Positions 47,701-61,674 are shown, numbered from the stretch's first letter. The stretch: DNA of 64,000 nt from Chlorokybus atmophyticus (GCA_009103225.1 RHPI01000385.1:120175-184174), one strand, 5' to 3'. Notes: generated from the letters alone by a model not told the origin. Made by a program: numbers and translations.

Positions 47701-50227
47701 TTTAACTGGTTCAAACCCAATGCAACACGGATGACCTGAGAGGGGTATTTTCAGTTATTTAGCGTTCTGAACAGGTTGGGCAGGCCGCTGACGGAGCATA
47801 GCAAGTGTGAAACCAGCTTTCCCCAGACACCACAGAGCATTTTTTTCGAGTGCATACAAGCCAAACAGTCATGCTGCAAGGTGCTCAGAGCACCTGAGCA
47901 TCAGACTCATTAGCTTCTTCTAGGGAGGCGAGGACGACAATGGAACGAGCATGTGATGCCGAGACCAAGTTTAGATCCCTCTGCTGCAACACATCGCCTT
48001 GTCGACACACCACAGTGCTGCCCAAGGTGTCTGGGACAGCTCGTCTAAACAAAAGCTCCATTTCTCGCTTGGGCTTGGATGACATGACCACAACAGTTCT
48101 ACCACCTTCACTTTCATTGGCAACGCACCTGCCACCACAAATATTGTCATGCAAGCAACGTAATGGCATACTTCGCCATACATCTCAACACCCATTGGCC
48201 AGCTTTGCCATGAATGGGACGACCAAGTTACATGTTTCACAAGCAACCGCCAGCTAATCTGCTTGTTTATATGCGCGTCATGGGCGTGCATGTCCCGCGC
48301 CACACGCGTGGCAAACACATATGCAAAAGAGGGGGGGGGGGGGGNNNNNNNNNNNNNNNNNNNNNNNNNNNNNNNNNNNNNNNNNNNNNNNNNNNNNNNN
48401 NNNNNNNNNNNNNNNNNNNNNNNNNNNNNNNNNNNNNNNNNNNNNNNNNNNNNNNNNNNNNNNNNNNNNNNNNNNNNNNNNNNNNNNNNNNNNNNNNNNN
48501 NNNNNNNNNNNNNNNNNNNNNNNNNNNNNNNNNNNNNNNNNNNNNNNNNNNNNNNNNNNNNNNNNNNNNNNNNNNNNNNNNNNNNNNNNNNNNNNNNNNN
48601 NNNNNNNNNNNNNNNNNNNNNNNNNNNNNNNNNNNGGCGGGGGGGAGGGGGCTTACAGCTCTTTGACAAGGGGAATGATCTTGGAACTCCAGCCAAGTAT
48701 CAGCGTATGCCCCGTTTCCACCACATCAGAAAAGCCAGCATCGAGCTGTTGGACTTTCGCATTGATGGCTTCACCAACAAGTCCAATCAAGACAGCAAAG
48801 TTTAACATGCCGAGCACCGTGAGGACGAAAGCAACCACACGCATTTTTGGGTTGGCCTCCACTTCTGATTGTGTCCCAGGGTCCGCCAGGAACAGCCATG
48901 CATTCCATAAAGCTTCAGGCCTGCAAAGGCACTGTTGCTCTACAGAGGAGCAGATGCCCGGCATGCGCAACAACACCCCAGTGATACAACCACAAGCTAT
49001 ACTGGACACAACAAGTACTTACACACTCACAGCACCAGCACCACTTGTAAAGTATGCCCAAGCACCCGCAAACACCAGCGTGCACGTCACCAGGAGGAGC
49101 AACAGAATTCGGTTGTATGGAGACGACGAATACATCTTGTCCAAAGTGTAATATAGCTTGTCGCGCGCAGTAGGCTTATGGTATCGCATGTTTAGAGGCC
49201 CAACCTGTAGTGACATCTTCGCAAAGTTTCAGCTGCTGTAGCCATGCAAACGTGGACGTAACATTACATGCTTGCAGCTTATGTCAAGTAACTATTTGCC
49301 AACATGCTGTTGCTGAACTTACAATGTCATGCACATGCCACTTAGACATGTACACAACCTGCCTTTCGTGGCTATCCACATGCAGCTGCCTGTACTGAGC
49401 ACTGGCATAGCTTACCCGACGCTGCTTGGCTTCTTTCTTTTTGACGGATGCTGGCGTGTCCCTCAGATCTGGAGAATCCCAGCTCGTCTCATCCTGGATT
49501 AGCCCACAACATAAGCAGCATACATACACAACTAGAATTGCTGTGACACTGACATTTTTACATATTCCAGTGACAAGACACAAGTCCCCCAGTTCCAATA
49601 AATAATGACTTGGAACGAGCTACAGTGTTTGCCCTTTCATTTACTGCTTTACTGCTTTGTTTGAGTGACATTGCATGTGGTGGCATGCCATCTGATCTAC
49701 ACGCGCTGCCCTCTCACTCAGGTGTAAACATTTCGCCAAACGACAGCAATTTCACAGCGGGCAGCAGCAAAGTGGCATACCTCTTCATCAACTTCATAGT
49801 CATCCAGAAGCTGTCCTGTCGACGCTTGGATTGCTTTTGTAGCCGCCTGGATAAACATCTCCGCGGGCGAACTGGGTCGTTCGAGGACGAGCCCGTTTTC
49901 ATCTGGCGGATTGTGGCTCTGAGAACTGGATTTTTGCGCATTGCCAGTTGACGAATCAGTCTCATATGTTGCTTGTGCATGCCGGTGTCTCCACCGCACG
50001 CTCGGTGGCCCCTTTGATTGCTTGAACAGCTGCAATGTCAACAAGGCATCATCAAGGCACAAGATCAGGCTGCCACTTCTTGCAAGCAAAGAAAGTAACA
50101 TTGGCTGAGCAGCCGCGCAAGCAACTTCGCACAGTGGCCGGTTGTACCTTGCGAAGATGTCGTTGTCTTCCAACAACAACCTTACGACTGGCATGTGGCG
50201 AGAACTCAAGTCTGCAAACAAATCCAA
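44766..50227 (-). CDS. DMI1: CASTOR/POLLUX (DMI1)-like cation channel with RCK domains and an N-terminal extension; further 5' exons probably reach about 51150
   Basis: Exons: KLYYTLD..PYNRILLLL, LWNAWLFLADPGTQ, GHTLILGWS, VVCRQGD..ARSIVVLA, GHVVVE..HDLMGRLMVQC, EFYFREWPEL..FPDAV..VIAEDD, ICGWRRDVEDMI, SDSRSL..LLIRDIQ, ELTSMALGMV, EVVIG|YKL..LNPPDK..TLVVLSEYV*. Confidence 0.88.
48345..48635. other. Assembly gap (N run) inside a channel-gene intron
   Basis: Run of N flanked by G tracts. Confidence 1.
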
Positions 50228-51688
50228 CGATTTTACCGCATAGTAACAACCTCTGTTGATTTAACTTTGGAATGGTCAAACAATACCAAAAACAGCAAAG
50301 CACGTGCCTGTGCGAGGATGTAGAAGTTGAAGGCTGTGACGCCAAAAGCGGCGGCAAAACGGCAGTCAGCATGGTGCACAGGCGGATGCCAGTGTAACAC
50401 GCACGCCTTGCCTCAGCTGCTTACGAGCTGCTTGACCACTCTATTACCAGCACGAGTAGTTGCCGAAGTATGCGCATGCGAGCTTCTCTACAACCCTAGC
50501 TGGATGCCTGCGAGTGCTGACATATTCGGACAGGTCAAGCACCTTGGCATGCAGACTGTTGTGCTTCACTCTAGCAAGTGCATGGCGCTCGTATTGTGCG
50601 CTCTTGGTGCATTGACGGGCATCAGTCACATCACTCAGCAAGCCTTCCTGCAATGCACGAATATGCCATCCGCCGTTCAGTCACGCAGTGCAATGAAGGC
50701 AAGAGTGATGAACAACAGCAAGCAGCCTCAGCACGTTGATATGCAGCTGTAGAGCACAGAGATGAGTATACGAATCGCTGTGATGCAATTCTTGTTTACA
50801 ATTGTTGCAATGCCAGAGGTTCTATTCACTGCTGGCATTACTCAACCCTGTGCCAGTCGCAGAGACAGCCCCATACACAGCCAGCTGCAGCGAGAGATCC
50901 GCACCTGCTGCGCATGCCAGCAAGCTTTGCCACAATCCGCCGGCGACGCCCGACTGAGCGGCCCACTGGCTATGTGACGACTCCTCTGACCTCACATCCT
51001 CCACCTCCTCGACCTCCGCCTCCGCCGCCGCCGCCGCCGCCGCTAACGACCCAATGTGGTAGCTCAAGGTACTTCGTCGCTTGTCGTGCGGTTCTTCGGC
51101 ATAACTTATGTCTTGTGACTCACAAGACCTTAACCGAGATTCACAGTCACGCTGCAACTTGCGATACAGTGTGAACTACTGACAGTATCCGGCGGTCCCG
51201 TCTAACGTAGTCAGTTTGCACCTACAATCCGAGTGCGGTTAAAGCAATCTGGAGCGATGATTGCTACTGGCAAAGCTGCCAGGTTACCTGGGCCCCGGGC
51301 ACAACAGCAACTTATCCCTACGGGTGAACTAATCTGGTTTGAGCAACCATTTGTGGTTTCGTCAAAAGTTTGGACGAAATGCGACCACAAATCGTGCAGC
51401 ATACGGTGAGTTAAACTTACCGAGGATACCGGTAGCTGCGCAACCTCAACCCTAACTACTGTAACTTTAAACGTGACTGACTAAAATTACAATAATTAAC
51501 TGTTGTCTGTTTCTGTTGAGCAGGCGACGTGACTTGAAGGTGGCTTCAGGACCAATGGCTTTTATGCTGCGCAAGCAAATCGCGCCGCCAATTCTTGTGG
51601 TACTAATTAGTACTGCACGTGGTTCCAACGTACAGACTGATGACAGTATACCCTTGCTAAGAGCATACTGTGTAGCGTACGTCATCTT

Positions 51689-52021
51689 ATGCTCTTGGCG
51701 GGGCGATGCACTCAACGCCTAACGGCATAGTATGCTCGTGAACTCGGGATACTTTCATTATATCACGCTTAACACGTCACGCTCATTACGCCATCACGCC
51801 CATTGTGCGTACCAGCTTACCCATCACGCCCTACGCGTCAAGCTTAATATCCTGCCCTACGCGTCACCCTGCGCATCATGTGTGACACCCCTTTTACGGG
51901 CATACCTCTCACTACAACCTGCGCAATCTACATGAATAAATATTATGCTTCTACCGGTTAATTATATTCTTTTGAAGAACAGTGTTTGCCTCCGAGGCAA
52001 TTTACAAGCGGAGTTATTCTC
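51689..52021. repeat. Diverged dispersed repeat, copy 1 (CCATCACG-rich)
   Basis: Shares ATGCTCTTGGCGGGG, a CCATCACG cluster and GCGGRGTTATTCTC, in the same order, with 61040-61421. Confidence 0.55.
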
Positions 52022-53006
52022 CTAATACGTAAACCTACTTAATTATGTAAACGTAGCCGCCTAAAGCGAAACCTATTACAAGGATTTGGCAATTATACAT
52101 AAGTATAAGTTTCAAGCATCTTGAGTTTTACAATATTTCAACAACAACGTCAAAAGCTTTTTGTAAAATGTAAAATGTAAAATGAAATGGGACAGCAACT
52201 ATATGGTAAGCCGACATATCACGTTAATCACTTACATGTTGTGTACCAATATTTTTGTGCCATTTGCACAAGCATATAATGGCATGTTGTTCAGTTGTGA
52301 ATAATAATACCACTTGCACGCAATGAGGCTTAACATCTTCTGTACACTCTGTTTATGTGTATATAAGTCCCCAAAATCATAGATAATTGGTGCACTGAAC
52401 AATGCACATGTCATTCGCAATGTGCAAGCGAAGCTAGCTTCGAAGTTGCTTGTTACATCAATAATAATGCAATATAAAATGCGTCAATGCAAAATACAAC
52501 ATGGATTGTGGTTTGCGGATTGCAAAGCAGTAGGAGAAGTCATCACATTTTTTTTACTTCATGCATTTGTCAAGTCTTTGCCAATTGTGTGATATCAATT
52601 ATCAATTGTGCAACAATCATTATCTCCATCAATGTAATGATCTTTTTGCTGTAGTTGAGTAACAACCACACCAAGGCATGCGATAATGTGATTACTATTG
52701 TATTCGTTTATGCGTACAAATAATGGTCAAAGTGTACAATTGTAGTGGGCGCGGCATTACAAACAAGTGCGTTGTGTCAACTTGCGCTTATCACCTTTCC
52801 CTGATTCTATTAACAAACTTTTGGCTGGAGTCAAACTGATTCTTTTTTGTGTATGAACGAGGTACACTAGCTACTTGAACACAAGTTGAAGGCCACATTA
52901 AAGTAGTCAAAACTGATGTCAATCAGCGGGAGGGGATATCATACATGTATAAGCATTGAACACCAACTACCCATGCATGGCGTCGTGCAATGGCCAACCT
53001 GCGCGC

Positions 53007-53839
53007 TCATGCGTCGCTGCTGCTTTCTCTTTCTCCCATGCGTTTGATGAGCAGCGCAACTGCGGCATTGGCGGAGGTAAAAGCGGAGTGAAAACTTTCC
53101 TTGAAGCTCATCGTCTCCAAGTCCCGCACCATCGCCAGCAGCACCTCGCCAGCATCGCGCTGGTCTTCAAATAAACAATACCTGCTTACATGCGCCGTCA
53201 CAGCTTTCTGTCTGGTGCAGGTGCGTACAATCCATCCCATTAGGCCCAATATAGAGCTCAAGGTAGGTCACCCATGTCAGCACTGCACATGTAAGCGCAC
53301 ATGCAGCTCGTGCGGCGTGACCACAGTACCTATAAACGCGTGCGCAGCGCTTTGCTATCTCTATGTTTGCCGGCTCTGGACAGTACTCGTTGTCAAGCCA
53401 CTGCTGCAAGGCTGCCCGCAGCCATTCTGCCTCCTGTTTCCAACTGAACTGAACAGATATCTCCCTCCAAACATGCAGACTCTAGCCCATACACACACTG
53501 TATGCGAGGTGCTCAACACGACTCTACGCTTCTCCATGCATAAAACCTTTCCGGCGGAACTAGCAAGCTCAGCGAGTTACTCACCGCATTGACTGCAGCC
53601 TCAGTCACTTGCGCAGGCAGCAGCACGTCCTCAACAGCCTGTATGTCTTCAGATGATGATGAATCGTCTGCCACCGCTCTACACACGTGCCGATTGTATG
53701 TGCTGGAACCTTCCACCCTTGGCGAACGCCTTCTGACGTGCAATGCATGTACTGTGTGCCGCCGCAGCTGCTTCCTGCGACAAGTTTTCGATGACAATGC
53801 CACTCGATGCCCTGCTTGACAGCTCACCGTTGGAAGCAT
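53007..53839 (-). CDS. Conserved uncharacterised plastid protein (plant/cyanobacterial family)
   Basis: Transit-peptide-like exon (..HVCRAVADD..), then FSWKQEAEWLRAALQQWLDNEYCPEPANIEIAKRCARVY|..EDQRDAGEVLLAMVRDLETMSFKESFHSAFTSANAAVALL. This resembles the EWLR.AL..WLD.EY.PE..F.ESF family recalled from plants and cyanobacteria. The start codon is uncertain. Confidence 0.7.
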
Positions 53840-54297
53840 GGCAGACACAAGCACAACATTGAGATTCCACACAACCCCATGCACTGTACTTTGCTCTAGA
53901 AGCGTTAGCCCAGTGCCGGCGCACAGCTCCTTCCTTGCAATGTTACCTTGCCCACAGCTGGGAGAACGGTGTGCCGCATGCTGTCAGCGACTTTGTCTGG
54001 CTGGCTAATTGAAAGGATACCCACGGACACCTCAGGGCCAACGTAGCCATCGCTTGCACCTCCGCCTCCGCCTCCTACTTCCGCCGCCAGAGCCCAGCTA
54101 GGAAAACGCAGTGCATGTGTAGGCATATTGCACAATTGTCGTGAGGGGCAGTTTCGCAGCGTACTGCTCGCAACTGAAGCGGCGGCGGCGGCGGCAGGTT
54201 CGGAGACGGTGGTGGCGGCGCGGTGGCTGAGAAGATGGTCGATAGGCGTTGCATGTGGTGAGGAGGGGAGAGATATCCTGGTGTTCAGGGCGCAGGC

Positions 54298-57225
54298 ATG
54301 GCGGCTCTTACAGGGTTGGCAAGGCTGCAGGCGAGGCTGTTGGCCGCAGGCCGGCTGGCGGCAGCGAGCTGCGGCGGCGAGCAGTCATCATGGGCGGCAG
54401 CTGGGGGTACCGCTGCTGCTACGCGCAGCTGGCATTCGTCGGGAGTTGCTTCTGGGTCGGAGCCCAGGCCTGCTCAGGCAGCAGAGCGGGCTGAGCCCAC
54501 GTTTGCTGAGCCGCAGCTGGCGCAAAGCACCCCTGCAATGACCGCAGCAGATGGTGCCAGATTCACGGCCAGGCTCACACCCAATAAAAGGATCAAGCTT
54601 AGGTACGAGAAATTCAGACCCAAGCAGCAACGTGTTTGAGCTCAACTCGTAAAACTTACCGATGTATGAGCGGCGTGTGGCGCACCTCCCTCAACTGAGC
54701 ATGTGGCTGGTTTCCTGCTGCGCTACAATGCCTGGTGCATCTTATATGATGTTGTGCTTTGCTTGGAAGCACTGTCCGAATCGGGAGTGTCATATTTATG
54801 CATGACTTGGCGGTTGTTTGTGACAATTGGTTGTCGTACAAGCCTCAGCTGGCATTGTGCAATGCGCAATGCGCAATTCTGCTCCCGCATACGGATTGGA
54901 GAGAAGCGCATGCAGTGTGCAATATGTGCAATGCATGTGTGACGCGGACATAACCAGCACTGCAGGTAGCGGCGTAGTCATTGCAATATATCCGTTTCAA
55001 CTAGTCGGTGCTTGGTGCTTAGCGCCAGCATCAAACGTGTTATACTACGGTTGCTTCATGTGTATGTATAATGTCCAGTGTTGCCCATGGTCACATTCTC
55101 TGGTCACGCTGCTTGGCCAAAACTGAGACATATAACAGGTTGCAAGCAGCGCTGCAGAATGAACACTTTAGGGATGTAATCAGCATGTTCAGAGATGCAG
55201 TGGACAGTGGACAGCTGTTACCAGACACAGATTGCTACAATTACTACATCATTGCGCTCCTTCGCACTGGGTAAGGCTTCTTACAAAGCCACTTCGCTGG
55301 CGGTTTCAATATTGTCTGTTTACTGACTTGCTACTGCTTGCAGCGCTCATTACACAAAAGGCTTGAGCATGTTGGAGCAGATGAATGCAAATGGCGTTCC
55401 ACCATCGCCAACCACGTACAACACGCTGATTAAGATGTGCACGCGGTACAGGGGAGGACAGGTTGCTGAAAAGCTGGTGGCAGAGATGGAAAGTAATGGC
55501 ATCAGCCCATTATATCAAGTGTACTCTCAACTCGTTACAGCATTTTGCTTGGACAGCAAGCTTGACAAGGCCATGCGTTACTTCCTGGTGAGTGTTCAGC
55601 ACGTCATTAAGATTAGCACGCCACTGTGCTAAGAATGTTATTTGCAGCGCTGAGCAATGAGAGCTCAGACCGTCCGTGTCGTTCAATAGGACATGAAAAA
55701 CAAGGGGTTTGTGCCCACCCGGTCGGCATACAATGAACTGGTGCAAAGTTTGGTTCGCGAGCGACAAATGGACACAGCACAGCTGGTCATTCGCCACATG
55801 CGCGAAGATCGGATGCCTGTAAGCTACATTAGAGCTTGCATGTGATCTTTACTGCGCAGTTGTGTCTGTGATTGGATTTGCACTGTGTGACATTGTTGAC
55901 GGCATGACTGGTGATGCTGCAGATGTCCGTTGCTGCACATGGTGACTTAATATCCCAGGCTGCAGAACTGCACTTGGCTGCACCAATGCACGAATCACTT
56001 CAAGCTCTTTATGAAGACACTTACTTGTCCATGGATGAGGGCACTATTCAAGCTGTTTTGGGTGCCGCCGTGCGTGCGGTAAGTAAACTTGTTTCAAGCA
56101 TGACTTCTTCCTTTACCGACCTCCGCGCAGCGTGTTGAAGGTGGTGTGTATTGTGACAGGCTGACGTAAAGCTTGCAAAACTAGCATGGAACGTGCTGAA
56201 GCGGTCTTTCCAGATGAGCAGAAAGCCGCTTGCCAGCACGTATCATGCGTACATAGCAGCGCTATCAGCTGGCAGAGACTTTGAGGCAGCATTTCCAGCT
56301 CTACAGGAGCTGCTGGCTGATTACCCGGAAGAGCGAAATGAAACCGCATCCCCGTTGCGCCTTGGCAGTCTAGTCAATGCATGTTGCCACAGCTTGGCCA
56401 CGATTGACCAAGTAAGCCAGCTTTTGGACCCCCTTGGCGCGAGCATTTCTGACGTGATAGTGTCGCGAATCAATCACTTGGTCAACAACAACTATTGTGC
56501 AATGCAGGCCTATTTCAGCTTGGAGCAGCTCAACCTAAAAGGCAACATTATTGACGTTGCTTGCTTGAATGCCATTGTTGCTGCCTGCGCTCAAGCGCGT
56601 GACATGGATCGAGCATTTCAGACCTTCGATGAGTATGAGCGGACGTTTAATGTTCAGCCAGACTTGGGCACGTTTCATGCTTTGATGTATGGCTGCGGGC
56701 AACTTGGTCAGGTAAGTCAAGCCATAGAGTCTTTCACCTCCACCGTGCAGTCACCTGACTAACATGCACCATTGCAGTCACCTCGCCAACATGCAGTTGC
56801 CCTCTGCACTTTATGTTGGCCTGAAAGCTGTCTGTTGGCAGCCGGACAGTGTGTTTGCACTGTTTGACGATTTGAGAGCTGCGGGCATGGAGCCAACGGG
56901 TACAACATACGATCTGATAGCCGAAGCGTGCTTGGTAGTTGGTGACAATAAGGCGGCTGTTGCCGCGGTTGACGACATGCTGGGTAAAGGCTTGTTTCCC
57001 TCAAGAAGAGTGGTTGTAGCGCTTCTGGACAGGTGTCGCAGGAATGAGGATCAGGAGAGCCTCCAGCACCTTGCTCCCTTGTCTCACAGGTTGAAGCATC
57101 GTGATTTCTCTGAAACAATTCACCAGCGGCGCGTGGAGATAGAACACCTGGTGGCTAACACCAGCAACGGTCATCTTCATCACGAGCGAAGACCACATGG
57201 TGGTCGGTACAATGACTACAATTGA
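54298..57225 (+). CDS. Pentatricopeptide-repeat (P-class PPR) protein, probably mitochondrial
   Basis: Arg/Ala-rich presequence. 35-aa repeats PDTDCYNYYIIAL, PSPTTYNTLIKMC, VYSQLVTAFC, SAYNELVQSL, TYHAYIAAL, CLNAIVAACA, PDLGTFHALMYGC and TYDLIAEAC across GT-AG exons. TGA at 57225. Confidence 0.9.
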
Positions 57226-58471
57226 GCTTAACACTGTTGAAGTATGCTGATATCACGTTGGCTAATCCTGCGCCATGCCAGCCTGCATGGAGTCGTGCGC
57301 TTGAACCCAGGCGTAACATGCCTACGTACGGGTGTTGATGTTTTGCTGCGCTGGCATGGTTGATGTGCTTGGACTGTCATGTAGCCATGCTGCGCATTGC
57401 GGAAGCAGACAGGTATGTGGACTGATGGTTTTTCTGGACAAACATGAATGGGCTGCATTGATTTCCAGTGCAAGAGGTAATCTTGTAATTGTTTTTGCGT
57501 TGTGGTCGCAAAGATGGAATTGCTGTGATGCAGACACTGTCCCTCCACTGCTTCGTGCACATGGAATTGAGTGTTGTTTCTCATAAAAGTTTGATGCGCA
57601 CAGCAGGGGCAAAGCTCCATCATTCAGTGTACAAAAGAACGACGAGGGAATTGCCTGCGCAACGCATGGTACACGCAATAAACACAACACAGCATTGCCA
57701 GCGGCTGCATGCCACCAGTCAGCGCCACAAATCAACATGCATAAAGCGCTAGAATGCAAGCAATGTGCAAGGCAACAGTAGTAAAGCACACCAAGCAGGC
57801 CAATCACATTACACATCAGCAAACGATTTGGGGGGGCCCAGAGCACAGCCTACTAGACACATACAACTGACTAGACCTAGCGGCACTAACAGGACCAGCA
57901 GGGCAGGGCAGGACAAGGCAAGGAGAGGACTTGCATGCATGTCCTTCACACATACGCACCTTCAACACGACCACCGGGCTTAACTATGCTCACTACTGCT
58001 ACCCCACCCTGTTAGCCATGCATGCATGCAACTGGCAGACTCAATCACCTGCACAGCGGCCGTGTGCAGATGTTATCCATTCCTGTGAGCAGGCGCACAC
58101 GCGCTGTGCACGCGCCTGTGCACCCATCACTTCACTGTTTTTTCAGTGTGGTTAAATCAGCTGTCCCTGGGGAAAACAACCCCATTAATAACCATGGCGT
58201 TCACCTGTCACAACCGCAGGAATACCGCATGGTGCAATTCAACCATGCATGTGTACACATCGAGAGATCTTGCACAGTCTACCATACTATCTCTTGTACA
58301 CTAGTTTTTGACTGGACTAGTGTGCAACAGCAACCACAGGTGCAGTGGCCGTGCGCGCGAATGCGCACCAACACTGGCTGGAACATCTACCGTACCTACA
58401 AGGTGACAACTATGCCTACTAGTAGCAGCTAACAGAACCATGTCAGATCTTCAACATCACCTTCAACATCA

Positions 58472-59730
58472 TTACAGATAAAACCGACGGTTTAGGTCAA
58501 ATGGAGTTGTAGAAGACAGCTGTGGAATCTGCGTAAACCGCTGGCGGCCATTTTGCAGAGCAGATTGCATAGCATCCAACAATAAGAGGTAACTCTGGCC
58601 TTGCCCTCGCTCAATGGCCTCTATGAAACAATACGACATGGCACCCGTCGCCACATTGGTGCCGGAGAGAACGGACGTATCGGCGGATGTCTGGTCATCT
58701 CTGCAGCCGCTAAAGCAGTAGGCCTCACCGCCCCTTGTGCCCTTGTGGATACCCGGGGTGCTGTGGTCCTCCCAAGCATTGCGCCCGTACTTGTCCCGGC
58801 CCAGGCTCACGTAGGGCAGGTCGAGGGCGGTTCCACTGTGGCAGGCGTCCACGACGCAGTGCAGCCTCGCGTTCAGCACGAGCGGCTTGACCAGAAAGTC
58901 ATTGACGGTGTCGTCCACAATCATGCCAGCCATGCGGAAGTCCAGTGGCACGAGGGTCTCGTTGTACCCATCGGCCTCATCCCCTGTGTGGTCCGCCACC
59001 TGCGAGCCGTGCCCCGAGAACTGGAAAAACAATGAGTCCCCCGCCATGCAACTCTCTGTGAGCCACCGCATCCCTTGCAGAATGTTGAACTTTGTCGGCA
59101 GCTGCAGCGGGTTGGGCTCGTCATCATTCATCATCAGAATGTCCTGCTCCCGAAACCCGAATTTCGTTATCAACAAGTATCGCATGCACTTGGTGTCGTT
59201 AATGCATCCCTGCAGTGCCTGTTGCGTCCCCCTATAGTTGATGCCCACTAACAGGGCCTTCCTGCGCACGGTCCCCGCATAAGGTGCTGCTGGCGGAGCG
59301 TACCCCGGCGCCATGCCGTAGGGAGAAGGCGCAGGCGCAGGTGGTGCGTACGGCGCGGGTACTGGCGGCGCGTACGCTGCTGCGGGTGGCATATATCCAC
59401 CGACAGCAGCCGCCCCACCACTGCAGCAAAAACACCTCTCAGCATTGGAACATGCAAGAACAAAATGACACTGCACGAGAGCTGTAACCCATAGCATGCA
59501 CTTGCCCGTGCGTGCAAGGGTTGCCATTCTTCAGCTTGATGCCTGTGCCGTTGCATTTTGAGCATCCCGCTGCACCCCCTCCTGCAGCAGACAATGTGGC
59601 CAATGTTACTCACAATTGTTAGTCACGATTGTACGGCACAAACACACAGCGCACATGGCAAGAAAGAAACCATACACATCACTGGTGGCAAACTACCACA
59701 CCTGCAGCTGGAGGATACGCTGGCGCATAA
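58472..59730 (-). CDS. Type I metacaspase with Pro/Tyr/Ala-rich prodomain (5' end unresolved)
   Basis: RKALLVGINY..LQGCINDT..SLFFQFSGHGSQ..DGYNETLVPLD..VDACHSGTALDLPY..SGCRDDQTSADT..GAMS..QIPQLSS. The His-Cys dyad is intact. Confidence 0.95.
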
Positions 59731-61039
59731 CCTGCCAAGCAAGAACGCAATCTTTAAGCAAGCAAGCTGTATGTAAACCAATGCTCCAGCTACAAGCATA
59801 TTTCGGTAAATAGAACAATAGCAGCGACCCTCATTCCTGAGACTGCTATCCGTCATAAGCTGTAGCACGGACGATGCCAACGACAATACATTGTCAGACC
59901 ACACAGACACAGCACAACTTGACAACACTGCACAACCGCCATCTGTCTTCAACAATGCAAACAGCTGCAACCTGTATGTATACAGAGCGCCTACTCATGC
60001 AGTACACCCTACTAGAGCGAGGTACAGGTCATCATAAGCATCAGTATCAACATCACCTCCTTGCGGTGGGGGAGGGTAATAAGGCTGCTGTGGGTAGTAC
60101 GACATGCTTAGAACTCAAGCAGTGAGATCACTCCGCAGCGACCTGGCCGTCAACTACGCAAAATGTGCCCCCGCCTGATCTGATCGGCGATGGCGACAGC
60201 GAGGGCGGCGGCAACGCTGACAACCACAGCGACTAGCACACGAAACTCCAGCCGCCTATCCGCTGCCAAGCAGCAATGAACGGTCGGACGGACGACAGGA
60301 CTGCAGCACTCCAGCAGATCACCGCCAACCCAGCCCACGGCAGGTCCACGCCAAGGTCCCCGCCGCCGCCCGCAATGACAAGACCGCCCTCGCCGCCGCC
60401 CTCACAGCCGTACGTGGCAAATTGTACAATCCTAACGTACGAACTTGTAATTTTGGCGTACGAAGCGTGCGGGTCATTGAGCGGCAGCCTGCCGCCTGCA
60501 GGCACAAAGATCTCGCTAAGCCAATGATGACTTGCCGTCCACAATGTCTTTATTAAAAAAAGACATCGTCGACTCAATTCGACACCTACATCATGATTGA
60601 GGTGTCGAGTTGAGCGCCTCGAGTTGAGTGAATGGAGACAATGAGTGATAACATTACCTGTCATGATGCCCCATGCATCGGTGTTGCGTGTCGTTTTCCG
60701 ACGACAGACTTCGAGCCGACACCACCTTAACTATAAGAACATTTGTCGCCTAGCAGGCGTCCTACCGGTACTGTGTGTACTCTACTCTACTGTAATGCCC
60801 GTGTCATCAATGCCGTCTCCTACGGTAGCGAGTCGACTTGAGTTTAAGAACTCTAAAGAACGAGGACATGTCATGATGCGCCATATGGGTGTTGTTTGAC
60901 GCTTTCCGGCTACAGACTTAAAGTTACTGCCGCACAGGTCACTACAGTCTACCCTCGCTGTAATCACACTCGTTCCTGTGACACCCTCCCAATACAGGCT
61001 ACCCCCTTAAAGCTCATACTGTTTATCCTCCACTATCGT

Positions 61040-61421
61040 ATGCTCTTGGCGGGGTTATTCGCTTGGCGTTTAAGAGCATAACATGCGCTGTAATGTCCTG
61101 AGCAAAGTATGCTATTCACGCGATGATGCCCATCATCTCGCGCCCATCACGTCATGCGCCCATCACGTCATGCCCATCGCGCCATCATGCTCATTACGCA
61201 TCACACCTTGCCCATCACGCTTAAATCATCACGCTCATCACGTTTCATGCCACACCCATTACGCACTATTCCCCCGACCTTTACTCTTATACGAATATTG
61301 AAAGAATAACATGAACTGAAAATGTGCTCACTCCGTTGAAGAAAACTCTTTTGAGCATTATTATTTGCATGTATTCCCTTTGGTAATCACATATTCTATA
61401 CCGTTAGCGGGGTTATTCTCT
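61040..61421. repeat. Diverged dispersed repeat, copy 2
   Basis: Colinear motif matches with 51689-52021. Confidence 0.55.
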
Positions 61422-61674
61422 TGGAGCAAAGTCGCTTAACGCCGCCAAGTTACCCCCGCGCAGTTGCCCCTGCTAAGTTAGCGGGGGTAGACTGCAATGA
61501 CAATTTTTAAGTCAACCAATTTACATGTGTCAAAATACGCCTTTTGTGTCGACTGTCACACTTGCTGTAAGGACCAATAGCGCCGATATGGAGCGTCATT
61601 ATTGTTACTGCAAGTTCTACGTCCAAGCATCAAACGGAGTCGGAACCCTTCCTACTAAGGCTCGAATTAGGTAA

